Shown here: positions 10,827 to 19,268 of the stretch, in pieces
How the letters are laid out: each line of letters starts with the position of its first letter
Position numbering within the stretch: the first letter of the stretch is position 1
Assembly (NCBI GenBank): GCA_043798375.1
Contig: JAZDOS010000028.1
Location: 28,241-92,240, forward strand
Direction of reading: 5' to 3'
Length of the DNA stretch: 64,000 nt
Origin: Candidatus Omnitrophota bacterium
Lineage (GTDB): Bacteria; Omnitrophota; Gorgyraeia; 2-01-FULL-45-10
Notes under the pieces: model-generated
Databases searched by the model: none
What the model saw: the letters and a program-made list of their open reading frames with translations, nothing else
Told to the model about the DNA's origin: nothing
Made by a program: the position numbers and the translations under genes

Positions 10827-11035
10827 GAGGCTACCGCCTGCCGACTCGCGAACCATCCAATAGTACGTTTTAGCCCTTCCTCAAAATCGACGGCTGGCTT
10901 GTAACCAAGCAGTCGTTCCGCTTTTGATATGTCGGCCAAGATGTTGATTAAAGGCCAGGCGTAGATCGTGAAGACCCATTCTTGCGGGCGGATGTAGATT
11001 GCTGTAATGTATAGCAACAGCATGATGAATGACAT
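10820..11035 (-). pseudogene. Chimeric deletion remnant: O-antigen-ligase-like N-terminus joined to NAD-dependent epimerase/dehydratase C-terminus
   Basis: YIRPQEW membrane N-terminus followed directly by ADISKAERLLGYKPAVDFEEGLKRTIGWF. Confidence 0.75.
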
Positions 11036-11043
11036 AATATATT

Positions 11044-11083
11044 AGTGCAAAAGTGCGTTAGTGCTTGAGTGCGTAAGTACGCT
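11044..11083. repeat. 8-bp-period tandem array, inverted partner of 11375-11410
   Basis: agtgcaaa agtgcgtt agtgcttg agtgcgta agtacgct. Confidence 0.85.
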
Positions 11084-11094
11084 GGAAACGCATT

Positions 11095-11373
11095 TCAGCT
11101 CAATCCTTTCAAATATTTGATAAAACCATTAGTCATTCTACGGATTTCTTCGGTTTCTTGATAAATTTTATCAAATTCATTTTTAGCAATATACGATTGA
11201 TCTAACGCCATATATAATTGGCTTTGAATTTCCGATATTGCCGCTCTGGTTAACTGATCTCTCAGGCCCCAATCTTTTGAAAATTTAGACGTTGAGGTAA
11301 TTCTATAGACTACTTTTGTCAGCTCCCGCGATCTCTTCCAAATATCCAAATCTTCAAATTTTGTAATTTTCAT
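11095..11373 (-). CDS. Four-helix-bundle protein (23S rRNA IVP/TIGR02436-like) with apparent internal in-frame deletion
   Basis: FEDLDIWK..DWGLRDQLTRAAIS..EIQSQLYMALD; the usual SNIAEG...F..FL..A.GS segment is missing. Confidence 0.8.
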   Translation of the reverse strand: MKITKFEDLDIWKRSRELTKVVYRITSTSKFSKDWGLRDQLTRAAISEIQSQLYMALDQSYIAKNEFDKIYQETEEIRRMTNGFIKYLKGLS

Positions 11374-11374
11374 A

Positions 11375-11410
11375 ACTTATGCACCCATGCACTTACGCTC
11401 TCATGCACTA
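11375..11410. repeat. 8-bp-period tandem array
   Basis: acttatgc acccatgc acttacgc tctcatgc acta; reverse complement matches the GCnnnAGT unit at 11044-11083. Confidence 0.85.
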
Positions 11411-12430
11411 TTCTTTAAGCAAATTCGTGATGATTTTGATCATTACATCTTTCTCTCGAGGATCGCTTGCGGCGATAAGAAGAGAAAGGGCAACGATTGC
11501 ATTATCATTGATCTTGCGTTCGCCATTGACTTTACGCAGATAGCTATTCTTTTCAAGATAGTAGATAAAAAGAAGTGACGCGATCCTTTTATTCCCATCC
11601 GAAAAAGGATGATCTTTAATGGTAAGATATAATAAGTTCGCCGCCTTCTCCTCTATACTCCGATAGAGATCTTTACGATCAAATGTCTGATAAAGAGCGC
11701 CGATAATGCTCTTGAACTTATGCGATGTCTCTTGGCCAAACAACTCGGTCGCCTCACCTTTTTCGCAGAGTCGTGACTTAATGTCATTAATGCTATTGTG
11801 CGCGTGCTCATATGTCAAAATAAACGTTGGTGTTTTCCGACCGGCAATAGAAAGAGATTTGCTGTCATATTTATTAAGAATTGTGAGCGCATTCGCGTAT
11901 TCATTAAGCAGTTTTAGGAGCTCATCTCCCTTACCGGTCAATTGAGGATGGACGGTTTTGCCGCTAATGAAGGCTATAGTCTCCTGGAGGTCCTTTAACG
12001 CGGTCTCGCGTCCCAGTAGTCTTTTTTGATTTAGCGCATACCCCCGAATAAGATAATTTCTTAAAACGTTCGTCGCCCATATGCGAAATTGAGTCGCCCG
12101 CTTTGAATTAACCCTATAACCGACGGATATGATTATATCCAGATTATAGCATTCAATGAGTCTTTCGATACGCCTTGCCCCTTCTATTTGAACTGTTGCA
12201 AAATTTGCAACAGTTGAACGGCTATCCAACTCTTTTTCTCGGAAAATATTGCTAATATGCCTTGAGATTACCGATTTATCCCTATCAAAAAGCCGCGCAA
12301 CCTGATTAAGACTAAGCCACACCGTCTCATTTTCAAGCTTCACGTCCAGGCGAACAGAGCCGCTTTTCGCTTTATAAATAGCAATTTCGCCTTTATTAGC
12401 TCCTACATTCTCATCTCTTCTATTTTTCAT
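11408..12430 (-). CDS. RhuM/Fic-DOC family protein
   Basis: ETVWLS, YNLDIIISVGYRVNSKRATQFRIWA (RhuM); HPFSDGNKR (Fic). Confidence 0.92.
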   Translation of the reverse strand: MKNRRDENVGANKGEIAIYKAKSGSVRLDVKLENETVWLSLNQVARLFDRDKSVISRHISNIFREKELDSRSTVANFATVQIEGARRIERLIECYNLDIIISVGYRVNSKRATQFRIWATNVLRNYLIRGYALNQKRLLGRETALKDLQETIAFISGKTVHPQLTGKGDELLKLLNEYANALTILNKYDSKSLSIAGRKTPTFILTYEHAHNSINDIKSRLCEKGEATELFGQETSHKFKSIIGALYQTFDRKDLYRSIEEKAANLLYLTIKDHPFSDGNKRIASLLFIYYLEKNSYLRKVNGERKINDNAIVALSLLIAASDPREKDVMIKIITNLLKE

Positions 12431-12448
12431 GATATTTCTCTCATCTAA

Positions 12449-12483
12449 GGTCTACGGTCTTCTATCTGTGGTCTACGGTCTAC
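12449..12483. repeat. 7-bp-period tandem array
   Basis: ggtctac ggtcttc tatctgt ggtctac ggtctac. Confidence 0.7.
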
Positions 12484-12516
12484 TATGCTATTTTTGTGAT
12501 ATTTTCTTGGCAACTC

Positions 12517-12545
12517 TCTTAAGGTCACAATTTGTGACCTTAAGA
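12517..12545. repeat. 29-bp palindrome; possible ORF6N-domain gene remnant
   Basis: tcttaaggtcacaa-t-ttgtgaccttaaga; minus strand reads LRSQIVTL. Confidence 0.7.
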
Positions 12546-12723
12546 TATCCACCTCATCCCCTACTATATAAGACGTTAAAAGGAGAAAAATTATTGTTCC
12601 GTAAAACAACTTTATAGGAAATCGAACTTTTTTAAAGATGTTTTTCGGGATCCCGACAGATACATGTCAAAAGGTTCAGTTTTCTATAAAGCTATCTGAC
12701 GGGACAAATATTTTAAAATAATT

Positions 12724-12975
12724 TTATTTCTTGCGCCTATTTTTCCATCTCACCAGAGCGTAGCCGGCTAGGCCGCTAGCTACGAGGGCGATGGTCGCGG
12801 GCTCGGGATTGGGAGCAGGGGTTATAGGATCGTCTCCGCCGCCCGGATTGGACCCGCCGCCTGAATAGCTTGAGCTTCCCGAGGAACTTGAGCCATCGTT
12901 TCCGGATTTCTTACACCCCGTTAATAATGTCACTGCCACTATGCCAATTAAAACAAACCACACTAACTTCTTCAT
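12724..12975 (-). CDS. Small lipoprotein with PEP-CTERM sorting signal
   Basis: Lipobox LTGC, Ser/Gly linker, NPEPAT + hydrophobic helix + RWKNRRKK. Confidence 0.88.
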   Translation of the reverse strand: MKKLVWFVLIGIVAVTLLTGCKKSGNDGSSSSGSSSYSGGGSNPGGGDDPITPAPNPEPATIALVASGLAGYALVRWKNRRKK

Positions 12976-13814
12976 GATACTACCTCCATTTCTTTTGCCT
13001 TTACAGGCTGTTTTTCGTGGTAATAGTAACTTTCATATTTATTTATATACTTATAAAGATACTGCGGCATATGATACTCGACATTAGTCATGACATAGCC
13101 GAGGATCTTGGCGCGGGATTGCTGGAGGCGCGTCTCGGCATGCTTGACAATGTCGGATTGAGTCCTACCTGCTTGAATCACGAGTATGACACCGTCCGCG
13201 AGCGGCCCGAGTATGCAGGCATCGGTGAGCGGCATTACGGGCGGCGAATCTATAAATATGTAGTCGAACCTCGGTTTAAGCATATTCAGCAGGGTTTCCA
13301 TCTTCTTTGAATTGAGAAGCTCTGACGGGTTCCTCGGAGTTTTGCCGGCCGGCATCACAGTGAGATTATCGATACCGGGATTAACGAATACGGCATCTAT
13401 CCCTGCCTCGTCCTTCAATATCTCCGAAAGGCCGGGTGAGCGGTTTATACCGAAATATTTCGCTGCGGCGCCTTTACGCATATCGGCGTCGATAATAAGA
13501 ACGGATTTGCCGTTCAGATCGTGCGCCATTGTTATGGCAAGATTTATCGACGTGACGGTCTTTCCTTCGCTATTTATAGCGCTCGTCACAACGAATGTCT
13601 TGTAATTATTCGTAAGCCTGAGCGTCTGGATATTGGTCCGCAATATCTTATACTGTTCTCCTATAGGCGAGGAAGGGTCATGAAATGAGACGATATGCTC
13701 ATTTATCGCGGTATCATTGATCTTCCGTATTACATATTGGGTTTCCGGTTTTTTTTGAATGCGCGCTATCCGCTCATCCGCTACTTTCTTCAGCGCATCT
13801 GTTATTTTTCCCAT
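12972..13814 (-). CDS. CpsD/CapB (Wzc C-terminal) tyrosine autokinase
   Basis: EQYKILRTN, SEGKT, IDADMR, IFIDSPP, Tyr-rich tail. Confidence 0.93.
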   Translation of the reverse strand: MGKITDALKKVADERIARIQKKPETQYVIRKINDTAINEHIVSFHDPSSPIGEQYKILRTNIQTLRLTNNYKTFVVTSAINSEGKTVTSINLAITMAHDLNGKSVLIIDADMRKGAAAKYFGINRSPGLSEILKDEAGIDAVFVNPGIDNLTVMPAGKTPRNPSELLNSKKMETLLNMLKPRFDYIFIDSPPVMPLTDACILGPLADGVILVIQAGRTQSDIVKHAETRLQQSRAKILGYVMTNVEYHMPQYLYKYINKYESYYYHEKQPVKAKEMEVVS

Positions 13815-13829
13815 TGACCCCTCCTGTTG

Positions 13830-14681
13830 CTATGACGCATAGCTTAAACTGCGCGATACGCTCATAGATATTATTTTGTTATGCAAAAGCTCTTCGATCG
13901 ACTCCCGAGCTATTTCTCCTGTGATAATTTTCGCTTCGGCGACTATACCGCTTATAAGTGAGTTGTGGCACGCGAGGTTTATTAACCTCGGGATGCCTTT
14001 CGAATAATTATAGATCTCCCCGATCGCGTCCTCCGTAAATATGTCGGCTGCCGTGTTGCCTGATACCTTAAGCCTGTGCTTCAGGTATGCCGCTGTCTCG
14101 GTATAATCCAGCGCCTCAAGGTGATAGTAAAGAACTATTCGCTGGCTGAACTGTTCTAATCTGGGATGCGACAATTTTTTACGCAAGTCCGGCTGTCCTA
14201 TGAGTATTATCTGGACGAGCTTCTCCTTTTCGGTCTCAAGATTGGAGAGCATCCGGATCTCTTCCAGGACAGACGGGGTCAGGTTCTGAGCTTCATCAAC
14301 CAGTATCACAACGTTAATGTCTCTGGCCGCCTGTTCTATCAGAAATTTATTGAGCGCCGACATGAGATGGGTTTTTGATGTGGAGCGGTATTCAACGCCA
14401 AAATCCTCCAATATAGAGGTAAGAAGCTCTTTCTTTCCAAGATGAGTATTCAGGACTAGCGCCACCTTCGTAAGGGGATCAAGCTTATTCAATAGTGTCC
14501 TGCAGACCGTGGTCTTGCCGGAGCCTATTTCGCCGGTTATGACGGCAAAGCCATTTCTCTCGCTTATAGCCAGAAGAAGCCTGTTCAGCGCCTCTTCATG
14601 TTTTTGGCTCGGGAAGAAGAAGCTCGAGTCAGGCGTCATGTTGAATGGTTTAGCTTTGAATCCGTAGAACTTTTCGTACAT
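13830..14681 (-). CDS. ExeA/GspA-like AAA ATPase (PEP-CTERM locus type)
   Basis: MYEKFYGFKAKPF, GEIGSGKTT, DEAQNL, GIPRLIN. Confidence 0.92.
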   Translation of the reverse strand: MYEKFYGFKAKPFNMTPDSSFFFPSQKHEEALNRLLLAISERNGFAVITGEIGSGKTTVCRTLLNKLDPLTKVALVLNTHLGKKELLTSILEDFGVEYRSTSKTHLMSALNKFLIEQAARDINVVILVDEAQNLTPSVLEEIRMLSNLETEKEKLVQIILIGQPDLRKKLSHPRLEQFSQRIVLYYHLEALDYTETAAYLKHRLKVSGNTAADIFTEDAIGEIYNYSKGIPRLINLACHNSLISGIVAEAKIITGEIARESIEELLHNKIISMSVSRSLSYAS

Positions 14682-14694
14682 GTGTTACTCCCCG

Positions 14695-16005
14695 TTAGCT
14701 ACCTGTCAATAACGTAACTATGATAAATACCGCCAGGATAAGGCCTGTCGCCACCGATATGCCGGTAATCCTGGTATTCCTTATCTTCTGTACCTTGATA
14801 TCGGTCTCGGTTACGATCCTCGATATTACGCCTAACATCGGCAGATTGAAATGCATCTTTACGTCTTCGACGCTTAAGAAGGAATGGTCGAGCATCTCAA
14901 CGGCAAATACTAACGCAAGGCCGGCGCAAAGCCCCGCAAACATGCCCGCGAATAGCACCGCTATCTTATTGGGCTTCGTAGCTTTAAGCGGACGCCGCGC
15001 GGGGTCCAGAATCGTGTATCTGGTACCTTCCTTGGATGATTCCAGGCGCTGGGTAATCTTGGCCGTCTCGAGCCGCTCCAGAAGCGTATTGTATAACTTC
15101 TGGTTTACGTTCTGGTCTTCGGTAGCTACCTGGTCCATCTTCTCTAAAAGAAGCAGCTTGTAGAGCTTTTCATTAGTCGCTGTAGTGAGTTTTTCCCTGT
15201 TTGCGCCTCCCTGCGAGTCCAGATTCGGCTGGGCGAGGTTCTCTTTCATCTTCTTAAGCTCGGTCTTAAGCGTTTTCAGCTCAGCGTCAGAGCCTGCCAC
15301 CGAAGCCTGTGTCACGTCATAATTACCTCTATTAATCTCTTCTTTAGCCGAGGAGATCTTCTTCCTGAGCTCTATAACCATGGGATGCTTATCCGTGGAA
15401 TCGACCAGGAGCTTCTTAAGCTGGTCTTCCATCTGGGCCACATCCGCCTGCTTGACCTTCTTCTGGTATAGGCCCAGTTGGTCATTGATGAACGAGATCG
15501 CGTCTTCGCTCTCCCTGCTCTGCTGTTTTAAGTTCTCGGATATGAATATATCGGTTATCGTCTTCACTATATTCTGCGACTCAACCGGGCTCGGGCCTTC
15601 ATAAGCGATGCTTATTATGCTCTGGCCGTGCATACGCACTATTATATTTTTCCTCAGGCCTTTTACAAGAGCTTCAAACTGCGCCTGGTTGCTCACGTTT
15701 TTGGCGAGATCGAGAGCCTTTATCAGCTGAAGCATCCTGTCCCAGCCGAGTATCTGCTCCCTTAGAACGGCCAGACGCTGAGCGGTGCTGGTGGAGATCG
15801 CCAGTCCCTGGATCAGGGGATTGATTATTCTTCCCTCTTCGACGAGTATCAATGTCGACGCCTGATAAGCCTTGGGAAGGACATTGCCCGCGACAATGCC
15901 TGCAATGATGCCTATTATTATAGGAATAATGAGCAGCCATTTTCGCCTGAATATGATCTGCAGGTATTCGAGCGGCTTTCTTATTTTAGCTTGTATGTTT
16001 TCCAT
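14695..16005 (-). CDS. Polysaccharide chain-length determinant (Wzz/Wzc N-terminal, GNVR-like)
   Basis: N-terminal TM after RRKWLL, coiled coils, TDKHPMV, ILDPA..P..P, C-terminal TMs; start set at MENIQ. Confidence 0.88.
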   Translation of the reverse strand: MENIQAKIRKPLEYLQIIFRRKWLLIIPIIIGIIAGIVAGNVLPKAYQASTLILVEEGRIINPLIQGLAISTSTAQRLAVLREQILGWDRMLQLIKALDLAKNVSNQAQFEALVKGLRKNIIVRMHGQSIISIAYEGPSPVESQNIVKTITDIFISENLKQQSRESEDAISFINDQLGLYQKKVKQADVAQMEDQLKKLLVDSTDKHPMVIELRKKISSAKEEINRGNYDVTQASVAGSDAELKTLKTELKKMKENLAQPNLDSQGGANREKLTTATNEKLYKLLLLEKMDQVATEDQNVNQKLYNTLLERLETAKITQRLESSKEGTRYTILDPARRPLKATKPNKIAVLFAGMFAGLCAGLALVFAVEMLDHSFLSVEDVKMHFNLPMLGVISRIVTETDIKVQKIRNTRITGISVATGLILAVFIIVTLLTGS

Positions 16006-16024
16006 TGTTCTACTTCTCCTCTTT

Positions 16025-17029
16025 TTATAATCCCACCGCCGCAATACCCGCGCCTGCCGCGGCCGCGCCGCCTGCCTCGCTGACAGCATTGGTTACCGGC
16101 GATATTATCCTGATTATCTTAGCCATGATCGTAGCGGGAATGTAAAGGACATCCCCGGGCTTCATCTCAAGATTGCATTTAAGGTCGCCGCTGTATAATA
16201 ACTCGAACACATTTACTTCCGTAAAATTGTTCCTGCCTTTATTGTCCGGAGTGATGAGGCGGCATCTTCTCATAGCCGCCGCGTTTGTGGGCAAGCCCGC
16301 CGCTATAAGGGCCTCGCGGATCTTTACTGTGTTGCCCCTCATGTAAAACTTGCCCGGATTACCGACCTCACCTACAACAAAAAAGACTTTGCTTAAATAT
16401 GCTAATATGCGGACGTTCACCTCAGGCTCGATGATGTATTCGGAAAGTATGCTTGAAAGGCGCTCCTGCAGCTGTACTTTCGTAAGGCCGTTTACCAGCA
16501 CGTCGCCGATGAACTTATACTCGATCTTGCCTTCTGATGTAACGGTATATTGGCCGCTAAACTCGGGATGCCTCCTTACCTCTATTTCAATAACGTCATC
16601 CGCGCCCAGGGTGTATTTAACCGCTTCGGTCATAGAGACGGGTGGCGGCGTATTGACAGCAGGCAGATCCCTTAGATTGATATCCACGGAACTGCTTGTT
16701 TCGACGACGGCCCTGGTTTGCGCAGGGGCGGTTTCGGCAAAGCACGTGCCTCCTATTATATAGGAAGCGAGGGAAAAGGCGCATAGCGCGCTTACCAACA
16801 CGTCTTTCGCGTAAGCGCTTGCCGGCTTCTCAAGCTCATTATATTCGTAACTGCTTTCAAAGAATTTTCTTATCATGTCAATATCCCCTTTCTCGTAAAA
16901 TCTCCATCCGCGCCAATCACGCTTGGAGCGCTTGATCTTCCCCGCCTTCTCCCATCTCATGATGGTCCGCGGCGTAACCCCTACAGACTTCGCGACTTCC
17001 GTTATCGATAAGCGATCTTTTAGCACCAT
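16025..17029 (-). CDS. MerR-type HTH fused to polysaccharide export (Wza/SLBB) protein
   Basis: SITEVAKSVGVTPRTIMRWEKAG..RDWRGWRFY; internal hydrophobic segment; YTLGADDVI, VVGEVGNPG, MKPGDVLYIP. Confidence 0.88.
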   Translation of the reverse strand: MVLKDRLSITEVAKSVGVTPRTIMRWEKAGKIKRSKRDWRGWRFYEKGDIDMIRKFFESSYEYNELEKPASAYAKDVLVSALCAFSLASYIIGGTCFAETAPAQTRAVVETSSSVDINLRDLPAVNTPPPVSMTEAVKYTLGADDVIEIEVRRHPEFSGQYTVTSEGKIEYKFIGDVLVNGLTKVQLQERLSSILSEYIIEPEVNVRILAYLSKVFFVVGEVGNPGKFYMRGNTVKIREALIAAGLPTNAAAMRRCRLITPDNKGRNNFTEVNVFELLYSGDLKCNLEMKPGDVLYIPATIMAKIIRIISPVTNAVSEAGGAAAAGAGIAAVGL

Positions 17030-17095
17030 TTCCGAAATCCTCCTATTTATATATCTGTCTATGAAATACTATGACTGACCTGTATCTTCCTGTAT

Positions 17096-17113
17096 AAGCA
17101 ATATCTGTGCCAA
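17096..17113 (-). promoter_or_regulatory. Sigma54 -24/-12 promoter of the polysaccharide operon
   Basis: Minus strand TTGGCAC-agata-TTGCTT matches TGGCAC-N5-TTGC. Confidence 0.88.
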
Positions 17114-17258
17114 TGTTTTTAAGGCTAACTTTAACCTGTTTTGTATCTCGGTGTAGGCAATGCGGGACAGTGAAGTCTATTTTTATACATTGTTAGGAAT
17201 TGAAAGAAAAAAGTTGCTTTTTAATTACTTAACTGGCAAAATACTATATCTAATTATA

Positions 17259-17284
17259 GTAGGGCAGGTTTAAACCTGCCCTAC
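17259..17284. repeat. GTAG-type REP-like perfect palindrome
   Basis: gtagggcaggtttaaacctgccctac. Confidence 0.8.
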
Positions 17285-17305
17285 ATCTTGGAATAATATA
17301 AACTT

Positions 17306-18589
17306 ATGAAACATAAATTCTCTCAAAACCAAAAACAACAGCAGAAGATGGCCTTAACACCCCAGATGAGGCAGTCTATAGAACTGCTCGCTATGCCTAT
17401 GAAGGAGCTCGGCGAGTATGTCGACTCTATATTAGAGAAGAACCCTTTTCTTAAGAAAGCTATTGAGAAGAAAAATTACAGGCCAACCGGCGAAATAGGC
17501 TCCGAACCTCAAATAACCAGCAATGTTGACCCCAGGCTTGCCCTTCTATCACAGCTAAGAATGAGCAAATTGGACGAGGACCGGATGCGCATAGCCGAAT
17601 ACCTCATCTATGAGATAAACGATAACGGATACATATCCTGCGATATGGATGAGGCCGCATCAGATCTGGGCGCCGATATAGAGACAGTTGAAAATGTGCT
17701 CGATATCATTCAGCAGATGGAGCCGGCGGGAATAGGCGCCAGGGACGCGCAGGAGTGCCTTCTTCTTCAGTTAAAGAGACTCGGTAAAGAGAGTTCTACA
17801 GAATACAAAATAGTACAGGATTACATACACGAGCTCACTTCTCATGATGCCCAAAGGATCGCTCAAGCCTTAAAGATCGGCGAAGACGATGTCCTGAAAG
17901 CATTCAAATCTATCAGGAAACTTAACCCCAAGCCCGCGAGCACGCTACTTAGCGAAAAGATAGATCTGGTGATACCTGATCTTGTCGCCCATATAAAAAA
18001 AGACAAGGTCACGATCAGGATAAACCGCGACTGGTTCCCTGTAATAAGATTTTACAATCCTTATGAAAATAAGCCGGATATGATAAAAGATCCGGAGGTC
18101 CGGGAGTTTGTGAAGGTCAATGAGTCCGCGGCAAAACAACTGCTCGATAGCTTAAAAAGGCGCGAGGATACGATGTGCAGGGTGGCGAGCTATATACTTA
18201 ACTTTCAGCTGGCAAGCCTTAAAAGCGGAAAGAGCGGCAGCATAAGAACTATCGCTATTAAAGATGTGGCGGCGGCGCTCGGATTTCATTCTTCAACAAT
18301 AAGTAGAACGATATCTAACAAGTATATACAATTGGACAAGAAGGTCCTCGCCTTAAACAGCCTATTAAGCAGCGGAATAAAAAAAGCCGACGGCCAGGTA
18401 ATTTCCAAATCGTATATATTGGATAGGTTATCTTCTATAATCAAGAACGAGGACAAGTCGAAGCCTTTAAGGGATGACGCGATCCATGATCTATTATCAA
18501 AGGAAGGCATTCTGATAAAGCGCAGAACTGTCGCCAAATACAGGAATGCCTTAAGGATACTGCCGAAGCACTTGAGGAAAAAAGCCTAA
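17306..18589 (+). CDS. rpoN: RNA polymerase sigma-54 factor
   Basis: Q-rich region I, EPAGIGAR, HSSTISR, RpoN box RRTVAKYR. Confidence 0.96.
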   Translation: MKHKFSQNQKQQQKMALTPQMRQSIELLAMPMKELGEYVDSILEKNPFLKKAIEKKNYRPTGEIGSEPQITSNVDPRLALLSQLRMSKLDEDRMRIAEYLIYEINDNGYISCDMDEAASDLGADIETVENVLDIIQQMEPAGIGARDAQECLLLQLKRLGKESSTEYKIVQDYIHELTSHDAQRIAQALKIGEDDVLKAFKSIRKLNPKPASTLLSEKIDLVIPDLVAHIKKDKVTIRINRDWFPVIRFYNPYENKPDMIKDPEVREFVKVNESAAKQLLDSLKRREDTMCRVASYILNFQLASLKSGKSGSIRTIAIKDVAAALGFHSSTISRTISNKYIQLDKKVLALNSLLSSGIKKADGQVISKSYILDRLSSIIKNEDKSKPLRDDAIHDLLSKEGILIKRRTVAKYRNALRILPKHLRKKA

Positions 18590-18628
18590 ATCGGCTTAAT
18601 GATCCCCGCCTTGTTCAATACTGCTTGA

Positions 18629-19268
18629 TTACTTAACAAATAACTGGTTTATGGGATAAATTACCTCTTTAACCGCAAGCATTCTATTTAAACCATACCG
18701 CTTGGTCAAAATATTCACAACATCTTTCGTTCCTGATGAGTTCTCGCTGTCAAAGTAGCGACGGATCGCCCTAAAGGCGTCTCCCACATCTTTATTACCT
18801 TTATATTTCGCCAATTCCTCTTTTACGGAAGCCGGGCCGTCTTTAAAATTGACTGTTGTGTACCATATATCGTAGGCGTCTTTCGCTGTCGAATTTTCCT
18901 CATCAGAATAAGCGAATGCCTTCAATAGGCTTATATCCGCTTTCGTACTTGATGAAACTATGATTCATAACATCCCTGCCATCATCTGTCTTCTGTTTCT
19001 CAAAGCCCAGGGATCGCAAAATATTATACAAGTTTCTGTATTTACTTTTTTCAGAAACGGCAAATTTTATAGCAAGATCTATATCCAGCGTCCCCAAATA
19101 CTCTCTAATGTACGATAGTTTATTTTTCACCAAAAGATCGGGCACAAGGCCGCCAACTAAATACAGATTTTTTGATACATCGCCAAACGCGGTGTATATA
19201 TCGGCCAATATACGCCTAAGTTTGCCTAAATGAATTGGCGAATAATATTCAAATTCCTTGTCCCTCAT
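18629..19268 (-). pseudogene. Nucleotidyltransferase (AbiEii-like toxin), split by frameshift/deletion
   Basis: LVGGLVP..GTLDIDL in 18903-19268; KAFA..KDAYDI continues in another frame, 18629-18925. Confidence 0.72.

Noticed and set aside
11095-11373. Diversity-generating retroelement (Avd-like gene)
   Set aside because: No reverse transcriptase in the window. The only long repeat pair (87 bp) has a single mismatch and is explained by gene duplication, not TR/VR adenine mutagenesis.
12651-12704. Imperfect inverted repeat tcccgacagata / tatctgacggga
   Set aside because: Short, mismatched and single-copy; cannot distinguish terminator, repeat or chance.
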